DNA of 64,000 bases from a virus (lineage: Duplodnaviria > Caudoviricetes). This document shows positions 27,088-35,791 of the stretch, in pieces. The position numbers were made by a program, and so were the translations under genes. The stretch covers positions 1-64,000 of IMG/VR virus record IMGVR_UViG_2667528183_000003, one strand, 5' to 3'. The notes beneath the pieces were generated by a model. That model worked only from the letters and a program-made list of their open reading frames with translations. It was not told where the DNA came from and searched no databases. Within the stretch, counting starts at the first letter, position 1. The number at the start of each line of letters is the position of its first letter.

Positions 27088-28201
27088 TCCTATTCCGTCT
27101 ATTCGGCTGTCTATTGGCGGTCTGTTCCACGAAACCTGGGATGGCTGGTCGGTTGAGTCCGATCTGCTAACCCCGGCCGATGCCTTCGAATTGGAGCTGC
27201 ACACAAAGAACGCCACGCGCTTGCCTGACGTGATCAAAGAGGGCGCGCCCTGTTCGTTGACGTTGGACGGCGACCGTGTATTGACTGGGCAGATTGATGA
27301 GTTTGAGCACGATATCTCGCGCCAGGGTATCAACATGCGTATCAATGGCCGCGACCGTGCTGCTCCCCTGGTCGACTGCTCGGCACCTTTCGTGTCCATG
27401 CGTGAAGCGTCCCTGGCGCAGATCCTTGACCAGGTGGTAAAGCCCCTGGGCACGTACCAAGTTGAGATCCGCGCCGACCAGGCCAAGACCCGGCGGCGCA
27501 TCCAGATCGAACCTGGACAGACAGCTTGGGAGGCATTGCTCCAGGTCGCTGAGGCCAACGGCTTATGGCCATGGGTCGAGCCGGACGGCCGTCTGATCAT
27601 CGGCGGGCCGGACTACAACGCACCGCCCGTGGGCACGTTGATCCTGCGCGAAGAAGATGGCGTGGACAACAACGTCCAGCGCCTGAGCGTCCGCCGCTCG
27701 ATAGCCAACCGCTACAGCCAGATAACCGTCCTCGGGCAGCACGGCCAGTACGACAACGATGGGCTGGATACCAAGCGCTCCCACCTGCGCTCGGTCATTC
27801 AAGACGAGACGCTGTCACGTCGTGGGATCTTCCGGCCCAAGGTCGTTATCGACAGCTCCAGCGAGAACCAGGACATGGCCACCACTCGCGCACGAAAGCT
27901 GCTGGCCGACAGTCGCCTGGAGGGTTTCGAGATCCGCGCCATCGTCAAAGGGCACCGCGCCGATAACGGCCAGGTCTGGAGCCCTGGTCAGCGTGTCATC
28001 GTCCGCAGTGAACCCCACGGGCTGGATGCCACCTACTTTCTGATGTCTCGCACCCTGCGTCTGTCTCGTGGTGAGGGGGCTATCACCGAGCTGCGCTTGC
28101 GTGAAGACAAAATGTGGGTGCTTGACGGGAACAAGCTGAAGAAGCGCAAGGGCAAGTCTGGTTCGGACGCTGCCTTTATCGAAATGATCAAGGCTCTCTG
28201 A
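27077..28201 (+). CDS. Baseplate hub (Mu gpP/gp44-like)
   Basis: SDLLTPADAF, GRDRAAPLVDCSAP and WSPGQRV motifs. Confidence 0.88.
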   Translation: MLNDPIPSIRLSIGGLFHETWDGWSVESDLLTPADAFELELHTKNATRLPDVIKEGAPCSLTLDGDRVLTGQIDEFEHDISRQGINMRINGRDRAAPLVDCSAPFVSMREASLAQILDQVVKPLGTYQVEIRADQAKTRRRIQIEPGQTAWEALLQVAEANGLWPWVEPDGRLIIGGPDYNAPPVGTLILREEDGVDNNVQRLSVRRSIANRYSQITVLGQHGQYDNDGLDTKRSHLRSVIQDETLSRRGIFRPKVVIDSSSENQDMATTRARKLLADSRLEGFEIRAIVKGHRADNGQVWSPGQRVIVRSEPHGLDATYFLMSRTLRLSRGEGAITELRLREDKMWVLDGNKLKKRKGKSGSDAAFIEMIKAL

Positions 28202-28761
28202 TGAGCAGCCTACCGCGCCTGGTGCGCGAGCAAGTCGCCCGAGTCATGAGCAACGTTCGTCAGGCCTTCCGTGCAGTTGCAGCCAGGAACACCCACGGAA
28301 CCTTGATCGGTGTCGAAATGGAGGGCCTGTCGGGCGAGTCGGTTTCAGGCGAGCTGTTCCAGCACTACGGATTCAGCTCGGCGCCGCTCCCAGGTGCCGA
28401 GTACCTGGTTGTTCCCGTGGGTGGCAATAGCAAGCACGCCGTGGTCGTGGCCAGTGAAGACGGGCGTTATCGCCTCACACTCCAAGACGGCGAAGTATCG
28501 CTGTATACCGATGAGGGCGATTACATCCACATGAAGCGCGGCCGGTTGATTGAGGTCGTAACTGATGACCTGGTGTTCAAGGTCAAGAATAAGGTGCGCT
28601 TTGATACGCCCATGGTTGAGATGACCGGCGACCAGCATGTCGACGGTAGCATCAAGGCTGATGCTGAGATCGCCGACCATACGCGGACCATGCAGGGGGA
28701 TCGCGACCTCTACAACGCGCACGGCCACTCTGGAGGCCCGCCTCCCAAGCCGCCTCAATAA
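28201..28761 (+). CDS. Baseplate spike (Mu gp45/gpV-like)
   Basis: FQHYGFSSAP, GEVSLY and C-terminal HxH (YNAHGH). Confidence 0.88.
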   Translation: MSSLPRLVREQVARVMSNVRQAFRAVAARNTHGTLIGVEMEGLSGESVSGELFQHYGFSSAPLPGAEYLVVPVGGNSKHAVVVASEDGRYRLTLQDGEVSLYTDEGDYIHMKRGRLIEVVTDDLVFKVKNKVRFDTPMVEMTGDQHVDGSIKADAEIADHTRTMQGDRDLYNAHGHSGGPPPKPPQ

Positions 28762-28772
28762 CTCGTAGGTAG

Positions 28773-28824
28773 AGAACCTTAAGCGGTCCTTAAATCGCAA
28801 CCTCACGCGCCTGCGCGACAGTAT
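28773..28824 (+). promoter_or_regulatory. Putative third late promoter, upstream of the gp46-like gene
   Basis: AGAACCTTAAGCGGTCCTTAAATCGC variant of the box; CAGTAT at 28819-28824. Confidence 0.62.
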
Positions 28825-28832
28825 GCCGACCT

Positions 28833-29183
28833 ATGGACGCAGGCATAAACCCAACCACTGGCGACTTGACGGGCCAGCGTATCAATACGCTGGCGAACGC
28901 CGTTTACATTCGCCTCATGACACCCCTCGGCACCTGGTGGAAAGACACCGCCGTCGGCTCACGCCTGCATGAACTTCGCCGCGAAAAAGATCTGCCCCGC
29001 GTGGGCATCCTGGCCAAGCAATACGCCGAGCAAGCCCTCAAGCCACTGCTCGATGATGGCCGCGCAAAGAAGATCACCATCACCGCCGAGCAGCCACACA
29101 ACGGCTGGCTCGACCTGCACATCGACATCATCGACGCCACCGGCAATCCGCAAGTGTTTCGCCAACCTGTACGAGTGATCTGA
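28833..29183 (+). CDS. Baseplate wedge protein (Mu gp46-like)
   Basis: GTWW...GSRLHELRREK...YAEQALKPLLDDGRA motif. Confidence 0.88.
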   Translation: MDAGINPTTGDLTGQRINTLANAVYIRLMTPLGTWWKDTAVGSRLHELRREKDLPRVGILAKQYAEQALKPLLDDGRAKKITITAEQPHNGWLDLHIDIIDATGNPQVFRQPVRVI

Positions 29184-29967
29184 TATGGCCTTTTCTGCGC
29201 CTGCCCTGGAAAGCATTCTCGCCGCGATCTTGCGCGACATTCGCAACGTTCAGCCCGAGGCTGATATCGGCACCGACAGTGACAACTATGTGCGCTCTGC
29301 TGCCGTTGCTGCGGCTATCGAGGGCCTGTATCAGAAGCTCGCCTGGGTGTATCGCCAGATCTTCCCTGACACCGCAGACGAAGAGGAACTGGTGCATGCG
29401 GCTGCCATTCGGGGAGTGCTGCGCAAGGGTGCGGTAGCTGCTACAGGGACCGTCGCACTGAAAGGTGCTGTAGGTGTCGAGTTGTTGCCAGGGGCCACCC
29501 TCACTCATGTTGTGACCGGCGAGAAGTTCGACGCATTAGCTAGCGCGAAAATTGGCACCGATGGCACTGCAACCGTTCTTGTCCTGGCGCAGACTGTCGG
29601 CGCCCAACTCAACAGGCTGACTGGTGGCCTTGCGCTCACAAGCCCGCCATTGGGCATGGACGCAGCTGCCAGCTTCGTTGGTGAGACTGCCGGTGGCGAC
29701 GACCAGGAAAAGACCGAGTCCTTGCTTGCCCGGCTCCTTGACTGCGGATTTCGGAGCACCGTGACCGGCCGTTTCGGTTGATCGTGACCGGTCATTTCGC
29801 TAACGCGTGACCGCTCATTTCGGTAGCAACGTGACCGATTTTCCGCCTGTTCCGAAACAGGTGGTCACGGCTTACCGAAATCGCCGGTCACGACTTAGCG
29901 AAAGCCTTCCCCTTCGTTGCGCATGACCTGATGCGCCGCCATCCTCGACCGATTTCGGGAGAGGAAG

Positions 29968-31653
29968 ATGGCGGCGCCGCGAGTAGCCATGCGAAACATC
30001 AAAGAATGTCTGCGCCTCAAGTTTGAGGCCGGCTTGTCCCACGAGAAGATTGCCCGTGCCTTGCAGCTGTCCAAGGGCGTGGTTAGCAAGTACATCGCGG
30101 CGGCGCGGGTGGCCGGGCTGGACTGGCCGGCGCTGGTGGCCATGGACGAGGCCGCGCTGGCGGCCGCCTTGTTTGCACCGACGTCGACGAACAAGCCGCG
30201 CGGTGAGCGAGTGCTGCCCGATGTGCTGAGCATCCACCGCGAGTTGCGACGCAAGGGCGTGACCTTGCAGCTGCTGTGGGAGGAATATCTCGCCGCGCAT
30301 GCGGGCCAGCCGACCTACCGCTACACCCAGTTCGTCGAGCACTACCGGCGCTACGCCCAGACGCTCAAACGTTCGATGCGTCAGCTGCACCGTGCGGGCG
30401 AGAAGCTATTCATCGACTATGCCGGGCCGACGCTGCCGGTGGTCGACCCGGCCACCGGCGAAGTGCGCCGGGCGCACATCTTCGTCGCCGCCCTGGGCGC
30501 CTCGAATTACACCTATGCCTGCGCGACGCCAGGCGAAACCCAGGTGGACTGGCTGACCTCGCTGGGCCAGGCTCTGACCTACTTTGGCGGCGTGCCGGAA
30601 ATGGTTGTGCCGGACAATCCGCGCGCCCTGGTCGCCCAGCCGGATCGCTACGAGCCGGGCCTGAACCGGGCCACGCTGGAGTGCGCGCGTCATTACCAGA
30701 CGGTGATCCTGCCGGCACGGCCACGCAAGCCTCAGGACAAGGCCAAGGCCGAGGTGGCGGTGCAGGTGGTCGAGCGCTGGATCATGGCGCGGCTGCGCCA
30801 TCGGCAGTTCTTCAGCCTGCATGCGCTTAACCAGGCCATCGCCGAGCTGCTGGAGGATCTGAATCGGCGCCCGTTCAAGCGGCTCGATGGCTGCCGGCGC
30901 GACTGGTTCGAGCGCCTGGATCGCCCGGCCTTGCGAGCGCTGCCGGTGCATCCCTACGAGGTCGCCACCTTCAAGCGCTGCAAGGTCAGCATCGACTACC
31001 ACATCGAGGTCAATGGCAGCTTCTACAGCGTGCCCTCCGCCCTGGCCCGGCAGAACGTGGACGTGCGACTGACGGCACACACCCTGGAAGTGCTGCATGG
31101 CAACCGGCGGGTGGCCAGCCACCTGCTGCTGGGGCGACGCGGCGCTTACAGTACCCAGCGCGAGCACATGCCCGCGGCGCACCAGGCGCATCGCGAATGG
31201 ACGCCACAACGCCTGCTCGACTGGGGCGCGCGGATCGGCCCCTACACGCGCCAACTGATCGATCACCAACTGACCCACAAGCCGCACCCGGAGATGGGCT
31301 ACCGCGCCTGCCTCGGCCTGCTCTCGCTGGCCCGGCGCTATGGCAATGCACGCCTGGAAGCCGCTGCCGAACGTGCCGTACACCTGCGCGCCTTCACCGG
31401 GCGCAGCGTGCGCAACCTGCTCCAGCAAGGCCTGGATCAACAGCCGCTGCCCCAGCGTGCCGCCGAAACGACCTTACCCGGCGACCACGAGAACGTCCGT
31501 GGCGCCGACTACTACCAACCCCCGCAACAGGAGCTGTTCGATGATGCCGCAACACACCCTGAATCAACTGCACCAGCTACGCCTGGACGGCATGGCCCGC
31601 GCCCTGGAAGAGCAATGGACGCTGCCGGCCAGCCACAGCCTGAGCTTCGATGA
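29968..31653 (+). CDS. istA: IS21 transposase IstA
   Basis: IDYAG, VPDNP and [12 protein letters not shown] motifs. Confidence 0.93.
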   Translation: MAAPRVAMRNIKECLRLKFEAGLSHEKIARALQLSKGVVSKYIAAARVAGLDWPALVAMDEAALAAALFAPTSTNKPRGERVLPDVLSIHRELRRKGVTLQLLWEEYLAAHAGQPTYRYTQFVEHYRRYAQTLKRSMRQLHRAGEKLFIDYAGPTLPVVDPATGEVRRAHIFVAALGASNYTYACATPGETQVDWLTSLGQALTYFGGVPEMVVPDNPRALVAQPDRYEPGLNRATLECARHYQTVILPARPRKPQDKAKAEVAVQVVERWIMARLRHRQFFSLHALNQAIAELLEDLNRRPFKRLDGCRRDWFERLDRPALRALPVHPYEVATFKRCKVSIDYHIEVNGSFYSVPSALARQNVDVRLTAHTLEVLHGNRRVASHLLLGRRGAYSTQREHMPAAHQAHREWTPQRLLDWGARIGPYTRQLIDHQLTHKPHPEMGYRACLGLLSLARRYGNARLEAAAERAVHLRAFTGRSVRNLLQQGLDQQPLPQRAAETTLPGDHENVRGADYYQPPQQELFDDAATHPESTAPATPGRHGPRPGRAMDAAGQPQPELR

Positions 31654-32290
31654 ACGCCTCGGCCTACTGCTCGACCGCGAACTGGCCTGGCGTGACAACC
31701 AGCGCCTGGTACGGCTGCGCAAGAAGGCCAAGCTCAAGTACGCCAACGCCTGCCTGGAAGATCTCGACCGCCGCACCGGACGCGCCCTGGACGAGCGTCT
31801 GATCGCCACCCTGGCCAGTGGCGACTGGATCCGCCAGCAGCACAACCTGCTGCTGACCGGCCCGACCGGTGCCGGCAAAACCTGGCTGGCCTGCGCCCTG
31901 GGCAACCAGGCCTGCCGCCAGGGCTATAGCACCCTGTACCTGCGCACCCCGCGCCTGCTGGAACAACTGCGCATCGCTCATGGCGACGGCAGCTTCGGCC
32001 GTACCCTGCAACAGCTGGCAAAGGTCGACGTCCTGGTGCTGGACGACTGGGCGCTAGCCCCGCTGGAGGAAGGAGCCCGGCATGACCTGCTGGAGGTGAT
32101 CGACGACCGCGCTGGCAGCCGCTCCACCATCCTGACGAGCCAACTGCCCATCGAGCACTGGCACGGCTGGATCAACGACCCGACCCTGGCCGATGCCATC
32201 CTCGACCGCCTGGTGCACAACGCCTACCGACTGACGATGAAAGGCGAGTCGCTGCGCCGAAAAAAAGCCGAGGAACAAGCCGCATCGTGA
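31541..32290 (+). CDS. istB: IS21 helper ATPase IstB
   Basis: [14 protein letters not shown] and [10 protein letters not shown] motifs; AGGAG SD. Confidence 0.93.
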   Translation: MMPQHTLNQLHQLRLDGMARALEEQWTLPASHSLSFDERLGLLLDRELAWRDNQRLVRLRKKAKLKYANACLEDLDRRTGRALDERLIATLASGDWIRQQHNLLLTGPTGAGKTWLACALGNQACRQGYSTLYLRTPRLLEQLRIAHGDGSFGRTLQQLAKVDVLVLDDWALAPLEEGARHDLLEVIDDRAGSRSTILTSQLPIEHWHGWINDPTLADAILDRLVHNAYRLTMKGESLRRKKAEEQAAS

Positions 32291-32899
32291 CCGATGCGAT
32301 TACAATCCAGAACCCGCGCAACCGGGGTGGAAGCACCGGTCACGTATTAGCGAAACGCTCGGTCACGTTCACCGAAATCCGCACCTTGACCTCATACAGT
32401 CGCCGCCAGCAGGTGGCACGGCTTATGACTTCAAGCGCTGGGCTAGAAGCGTGGACGGTGTGGCAGATGCATTGGTGCTGCCTATGCGTCGTGGCGCGGG
32501 CACTGTCGATGTAGTGATCACCGCCAGCACCGGCACCCCTTCGGCAGAAGTCATAGCGAACTGCAAAGAGTTCATCCTGGGCGAATGCTCGGTCATTGCC
32601 GATGTGTGGGTTTATGCCCCGGTGGTCCGCACAGTCGATTCCAGCGCTCTTGTAGAGCTGGCGGACGGTTACAAGCTTGCTGACGTGCAAGCGGCTGCGC
32701 AGGTCGCCTACAACACCTTGCTCGGGGCGCTTAAGCCTCGCGAGATGCTCAAGCGTTCACAGATTGAGGCCATGCTTAACAATCTGGCCGGGGTTACTGA
32801 CCGCTCCGTTACGGCCCCGGCCGGAAACGTCAAAGCCTCTGATGACGCTGGCCTGATCGGCTGGATTCGCCCTGGAGCCATCGCGCTGGGGCTGATGGA

Positions 32900-33475
32900 A
32901 TGACCAGCCTCGCCGACCAGCTCCGGTTACTACTCCCGCCAGTCTCCTATGACGGCTCGGCGCCTCGTCTGTCCGCCGCCATTGAGGCCGAGGCCAATGC
33001 GCTGACACTTTCTGACGCCCAGGCTGAGGCGACTTACAGCGCCATTTTTGCCGACTCTGGAATGGGGCTTACCGACTGGGAGCGCGTTCTTGCGTTGCCT
33101 GATCCTTGCCTTGTCGGTGTGCCGCAATCGGTTCGCCAGCGTGTGCAGGCGGTTGTCAGCAAGTTGCAAGGTCGGGGCGGTCAGAGTCGCGGTTTCTTTA
33201 TCGCTTTGGCCAAGGGCTTGGGCTACGGCATAACCATCGACACCTTTCGCCCAGCTCGCGCAGGCATAGCGCGAGCTGGCGACCCAATCAACGGCGGCGC
33301 CTGGGCGTTCACATGGCGCGTCAATGCGCCAGCGGTCACGGTCAGTCGAGCCGTTGCGGGAATCACCGGAGCTGGCGACCCGCTGGCGTCCTGGGGGAAC
33401 AAGTCCCTTGAGTGCAGGCTCAGTCAAATGAAGCCCGCCGAATCCATTCTGCTGTTCGGTTACGGAGACAACTAA
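32900..33475 (+). CDS. Baseplate protein (Mu gp48/YmfQ-like)
   Basis: LLLPP, DWERVLALPD and LECRLSQMKPA motifs. Confidence 0.85.
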   Translation: MTSLADQLRLLLPPVSYDGSAPRLSAAIEAEANALTLSDAQAEATYSAIFADSGMGLTDWERVLALPDPCLVGVPQSVRQRVQAVVSKLQGRGGQSRGFFIALAKGLGYGITIDTFRPARAGIARAGDPINGGAWAFTWRVNAPAVTVSRAVAGITGAGDPLASWGNKSLECRLSQMKPAESILLFGYGDN

Positions 33476-34425
33476 TGCAAAAGATCGGTGCAAGTACCGC
33501 TTCGGCAAACGCCCTTGGTGAGTTCACCGAGGGCAATCCTGGCGCGGGTGTAGCCGCTACGCTGCTCAAAGCCGCTTGGCTGAATGCAGTGCAGCGGGAA
33601 CTGGTTCACCTAGTAGAGGGTGCAGGCCTGACCCTGGACGCTGCTGATGACTCTCAGATTCTAAAGGCCATCCAAGCGATTCAGGTCAATGCAAGTACGT
33701 GGCTAAAGCTCAGTGGCAAGCCGACTACCATTGCAGGGTTCGGCATTACTGATGCTTTCACCAAACTAGAGACTACCTCTGCTATTCAACAGAAGATCGC
33801 AGATCTCGTCGCATCCTCTCCCGCAGCGCTCGACACTCTTAAAGAACTAGCTGATGCCCTGGGGAACGATCCAAATTTCGCCACCACTATGACCAACGCC
33901 TTGGCGGGGAAGGCCAGTAAGGCAACCACACTTTCTGGATATGGCATCACTGATGCTTATGCCAAATCTGGAACGTACTCTAAGTCAGAACTTGATGCGG
34001 CCTTGGTCCCTTTGGGTCAAGCGTCGGAGGTCAACCGGGGCACAGCGAAAGTCGCGAATCTTGCGCAGATGCTTGCGGATACTGATGACTCAGTGATCGT
34101 CACACCTAAGAAACTGCGATGGGGCTTCTCGATTAGCCTTGCGGCCAATGGATACATCGTTTTCCCATCATGGATGGGCGGGCTCGTTGTCCAGTGGGGG
34201 TCGGGAACCTCATCTGGAGCCACTGCCGAAAACCTATCTGTTGCTATGCCATTGGCCTGGCCGACAGGGTCTTTTGCAGAGAATGCAACCATTGTTGGCA
34301 CTGACGCAGGAACCCACACAGTGCTTCGAGGGGCAATGACCTCAAACACGATGAAGCTCACAACGCTGCGAAACGGTGCATATGCGAGTGGAATTACAGT
34401 TCGCTGGATAGCCATCGGCTTTTAA
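33475..34425 (+). CDS. Tail fibre protein (316 aa)
   Basis: FTEGNP...AAWLNAVQRE anchor; GITDA repeats; LDTLKELADALGNDPNFA; GLVVQWG...WIAIG tip. Confidence 0.88.
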   Translation: MQKIGASTASANALGEFTEGNPGAGVAATLLKAAWLNAVQRELVHLVEGAGLTLDAADDSQILKAIQAIQVNASTWLKLSGKPTTIAGFGITDAFTKLETTSAIQQKIADLVASSPAALDTLKELADALGNDPNFATTMTNALAGKASKATTLSGYGITDAYAKSGTYSKSELDAALVPLGQASEVNRGTAKVANLAQMLADTDDSVIVTPKKLRWGFSISLAANGYIVFPSWMGGLVVQWGSGTSSGATAENLSVAMPLAWPTGSFAENATIVGTDAGTHTVLRGAMTSNTMKLTTLRNGAYASGITVRWIAIGF

Positions 34426-34436
34426 AGGGGGCACTC

Positions 34437-34865
34437 ATGAAACGTTTTTACAGTCAAACAACTCAGACCTCTTATCTGCAAGGGTTGCATGCTGTTTTGC
34501 CTGATGACGCAGTCGAGATTCCCGATGCGCTTTACTTGGCAGTCATAGGCAACCCACCCTCCGGCAAGATTCGCGTTCACGATGAGCATGGGCTGCCGCA
34601 TTTAGTGGATGCACCAATGGTGGTCCCGGACCTGATGGGCCAGGAGCGCGAGTGGCGTGACGCTGAATTGTCGGCGGTCGTGTGGCTGCGTGAGCGGCAC
34701 CGCGATCAGCTGGAAATCGAAGCCCCTACAACGCTTAAAGAAGAACAGTTCAAGGAGCTGCTTGTGTATATGCAGGCCCTGCGGGAGTGGCCGCAATCTC
34801 CTGACTTCCCCGTCCCCTCATTTCGGCCTCGCCCCCCAGCTTGGATGGTTGATTTGGTCGAGTAG
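34437..34865 (+). CDS. Tail fibre assembly chaperone
   Basis: EREWRD...YMQALREWPQ..DFP...RP..P.W motif. Confidence 0.85.
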   Translation: MKRFYSQTTQTSYLQGLHAVLPDDAVEIPDALYLAVIGNPPSGKIRVHDEHGLPHLVDAPMVVPDLMGQEREWRDAELSAVVWLRERHRDQLEIEAPTTLKEEQFKELLVYMQALREWPQSPDFPVPSFRPRPPAWMVDLVE

Positions 34866-34877
34866 TGCGGGCAGTGA

Positions 34878-34972
34878 CGGTGTCAAATATGGCGCTAGAC
34901 GATTGGTACTCATCGAGATTTATCGGTGCCAATTGTGGCGCCAAGCGGTGCCAAATCCGACGCTCGCTTACA
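34878..34972 (+). repeat. Mu-like right end: three transposase-binding repeats and terminal CA
   Basis: CGGTGTCAAATATGGCGC (34878), CGGTGCCAATTGTGGCGC (34924) and CGGTGCCAAATCCGACGC (34946), followed by TCGCTTACA. Confidence 0.75.
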
Positions 34973-35018
34973 GTATGAAGAAAAAGGCCAGCGTCACTTG
35001 GAAAGTCACAATGGCAGA

Positions 35019-35044
35019 AACAACAAAGCCGCTCGAAAGCGGCT
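35019..35044 (-). terminator. Intrinsic terminator-like hairpin downstream of the tRNA fragment
   Basis: AGCCGCT-TTCG-AGCGGCT-TTGTTGTT on the minus strand. Confidence 0.6.
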
Positions 35045-35060
35045 AAGTCGTTGAAAAATA

Positions 35061-35107
35061 TGGTCGGGACGGAGTGATTCGAACACTCGACCCCTAGCAC
35101 CCCATGC
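35061..35107 (-). other. att core: 3' 47 nt of tRNA-Pro(GGG), not an intact gene
   Basis: Minus strand GCATGGGGTGCTAGGGGTCGAGTGTTCGAATCACTCCGTCCCGACCA has anticodon loop, T arm and CCA but no D arm or 5' acceptor strand. Confidence 0.88.
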
Positions 35108-35266
35108 ACGCAGTGCCCTCTGCGGGCCACGGAAAAAGCCTTGTAACCTCTGCGCTCGCTGCAATCGAATGCTCAGGAAAGTCTGCAAGTGCGTGAGAAA
35201 GTCACGCAAAAGTCACGCACGCCATACATCCCTCCCCCGGCGTCCTGCCGAACGAACACCAATCCC

Positions 35267-35791
35267 CTATTTGCCAAGGCCATCATAGGCCTGCTCACAC
35301 GTCACTCCCCTGCTCCGGCTTTGATCAGCATCTGCTGCCAGCTGGCCCGCTCGTTCGTCAGCGCGCTTGAACAGGTCGGCAAGCACCATTGCTGCGCGGG
35401 CTGCTGCCTGGCTTGCGGCGGCAGTGCAGGAATTGCTGCGGCCTTGGGCTGAGAGACGGCCGGCGAGATCGTCGACTGTGCGCTGCAAGCTCCCAGCAGC
35501 AGCGCGAGCGGTAACAGCATCAGCTGCAGCTTGATCGATTTTTCGTTGCCCATCTTGCACCGCCTTGTTTATTGAGGTTTGTCGGGCCTGTTCTTTCTCG
35601 CGCTCCGCGACTTCCGCGAGGGCCCAGGCCTGTTTATCGCCGGCATCACGGGCATTCCACCGTGACTGCCATTCCTCATACTTGACCGACATTCCGTGGT
35701 GATAGGAGCCGTACAGCGCGCCGAACACCACACCAAGTAAGAGGAGCACCGCCATGGCAATCCCGCCGACCTTCAGCGCTAGAGCGTTCAT
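35267..35791 (-). CDS. i-spanin (Rz-like)
   Basis: N-terminal TM; coiled coil; RSRGVTCEQAYD C-terminus. Confidence 0.82.
   Translation of the reverse strand: MNALALKVGGIAMAVLLLLGVVFGALYGSYHHGMSVKYEEWQSRWNARDAGDKQAWALAEVAEREKEQARQTSINKAVQDGQRKIDQAAADAVTARAAAGSLQRTVDDLAGRLSAQGRSNSCTAAASQAAARAAMVLADLFKRADERAGQLAADADQSRSRGVTCEQAYDGLGK
35302..35553 (-). CDS. Embedded o-spanin lipoprotein (Rz1-like)
   Basis: LLPLALLLGAC lipobox; IPALPPQARQ...WCLPTCS; nested inside Rz. Confidence 0.75.
   Translation of the reverse strand: MGNEKSIKLQLMLLPLALLLGACSAQSTISPAVSQPKAAAIPALPPQARQQPAQQWCLPTCSSALTNERASWQQMLIKAGAGE

Larger units (their letters stand above)
29743..32383 (+). mobile_element. IS21-family insertion sequence, 2641 bp
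   Basis: Ends TGCGGATTTCGG...CCGAAATCCGCA; target duplication CCTTGAC at 29736-29742 and 32384-32390; subterminal CGTGACC repeats; istA and istB. Confidence 0.95.
29185..32903 (+). pseudogene. Baseplate J/gp47 gene interrupted by IS21 (pieces 29185-29742 and 32391-32903; 356 aa when rejoined)
   Basis: Removing the IS and one CCTTGAC copy restores the frame: ...ESLLARLLD|LIQSPPAGGTAYDFKRWARSVDGV... Confidence 0.92.
1..34972 (+). mobile_element. Mu-like transposable prophage with contractile tail; left end and repressor lie upstream of the window
   Basis: Mu gene order: ner, A, B, early genes, gemA, mor, lysis, terminase, portal, F, G, I, T, sheath, tube, TMP, N, P, baseplate, fibre. Right end has repeated sites and ends in CA at 34971-34972. 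Confidence 0.95.

Noticed and set aside
29755-29900. Regularly spaced ~23-bp CGTGACC...TTTCG repeats resembling a mini-CRISPR or iteron array
   Set aside because: They are the subterminal transposase-binding repeats of the IS21 element and are mirrored at its right end; there are no unique spacers and no cas genes.
32451-32903. Independent 150-aa gene
   Set aside because: It is the C-terminal part of the IS-interrupted baseplate J gene.
6320-34510. Other CTGATGA heptamers (for example near 6327, 11004, 18232, 28562, 33644, 34082 and 34501) as further hammerheads
   Set aside because: They lie in coding sequence and, by eye, lack the flanking stems and GAAA/GUC arrangement. A covariance-model scan of both strands would be needed to exclude divergent copies.
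35061-35137. Intact tRNA-Pro gene
   Set aside because: Similarity stops in the anticodon stem at 35107; there is no D arm or 5' acceptor strand, so it is an att duplication.
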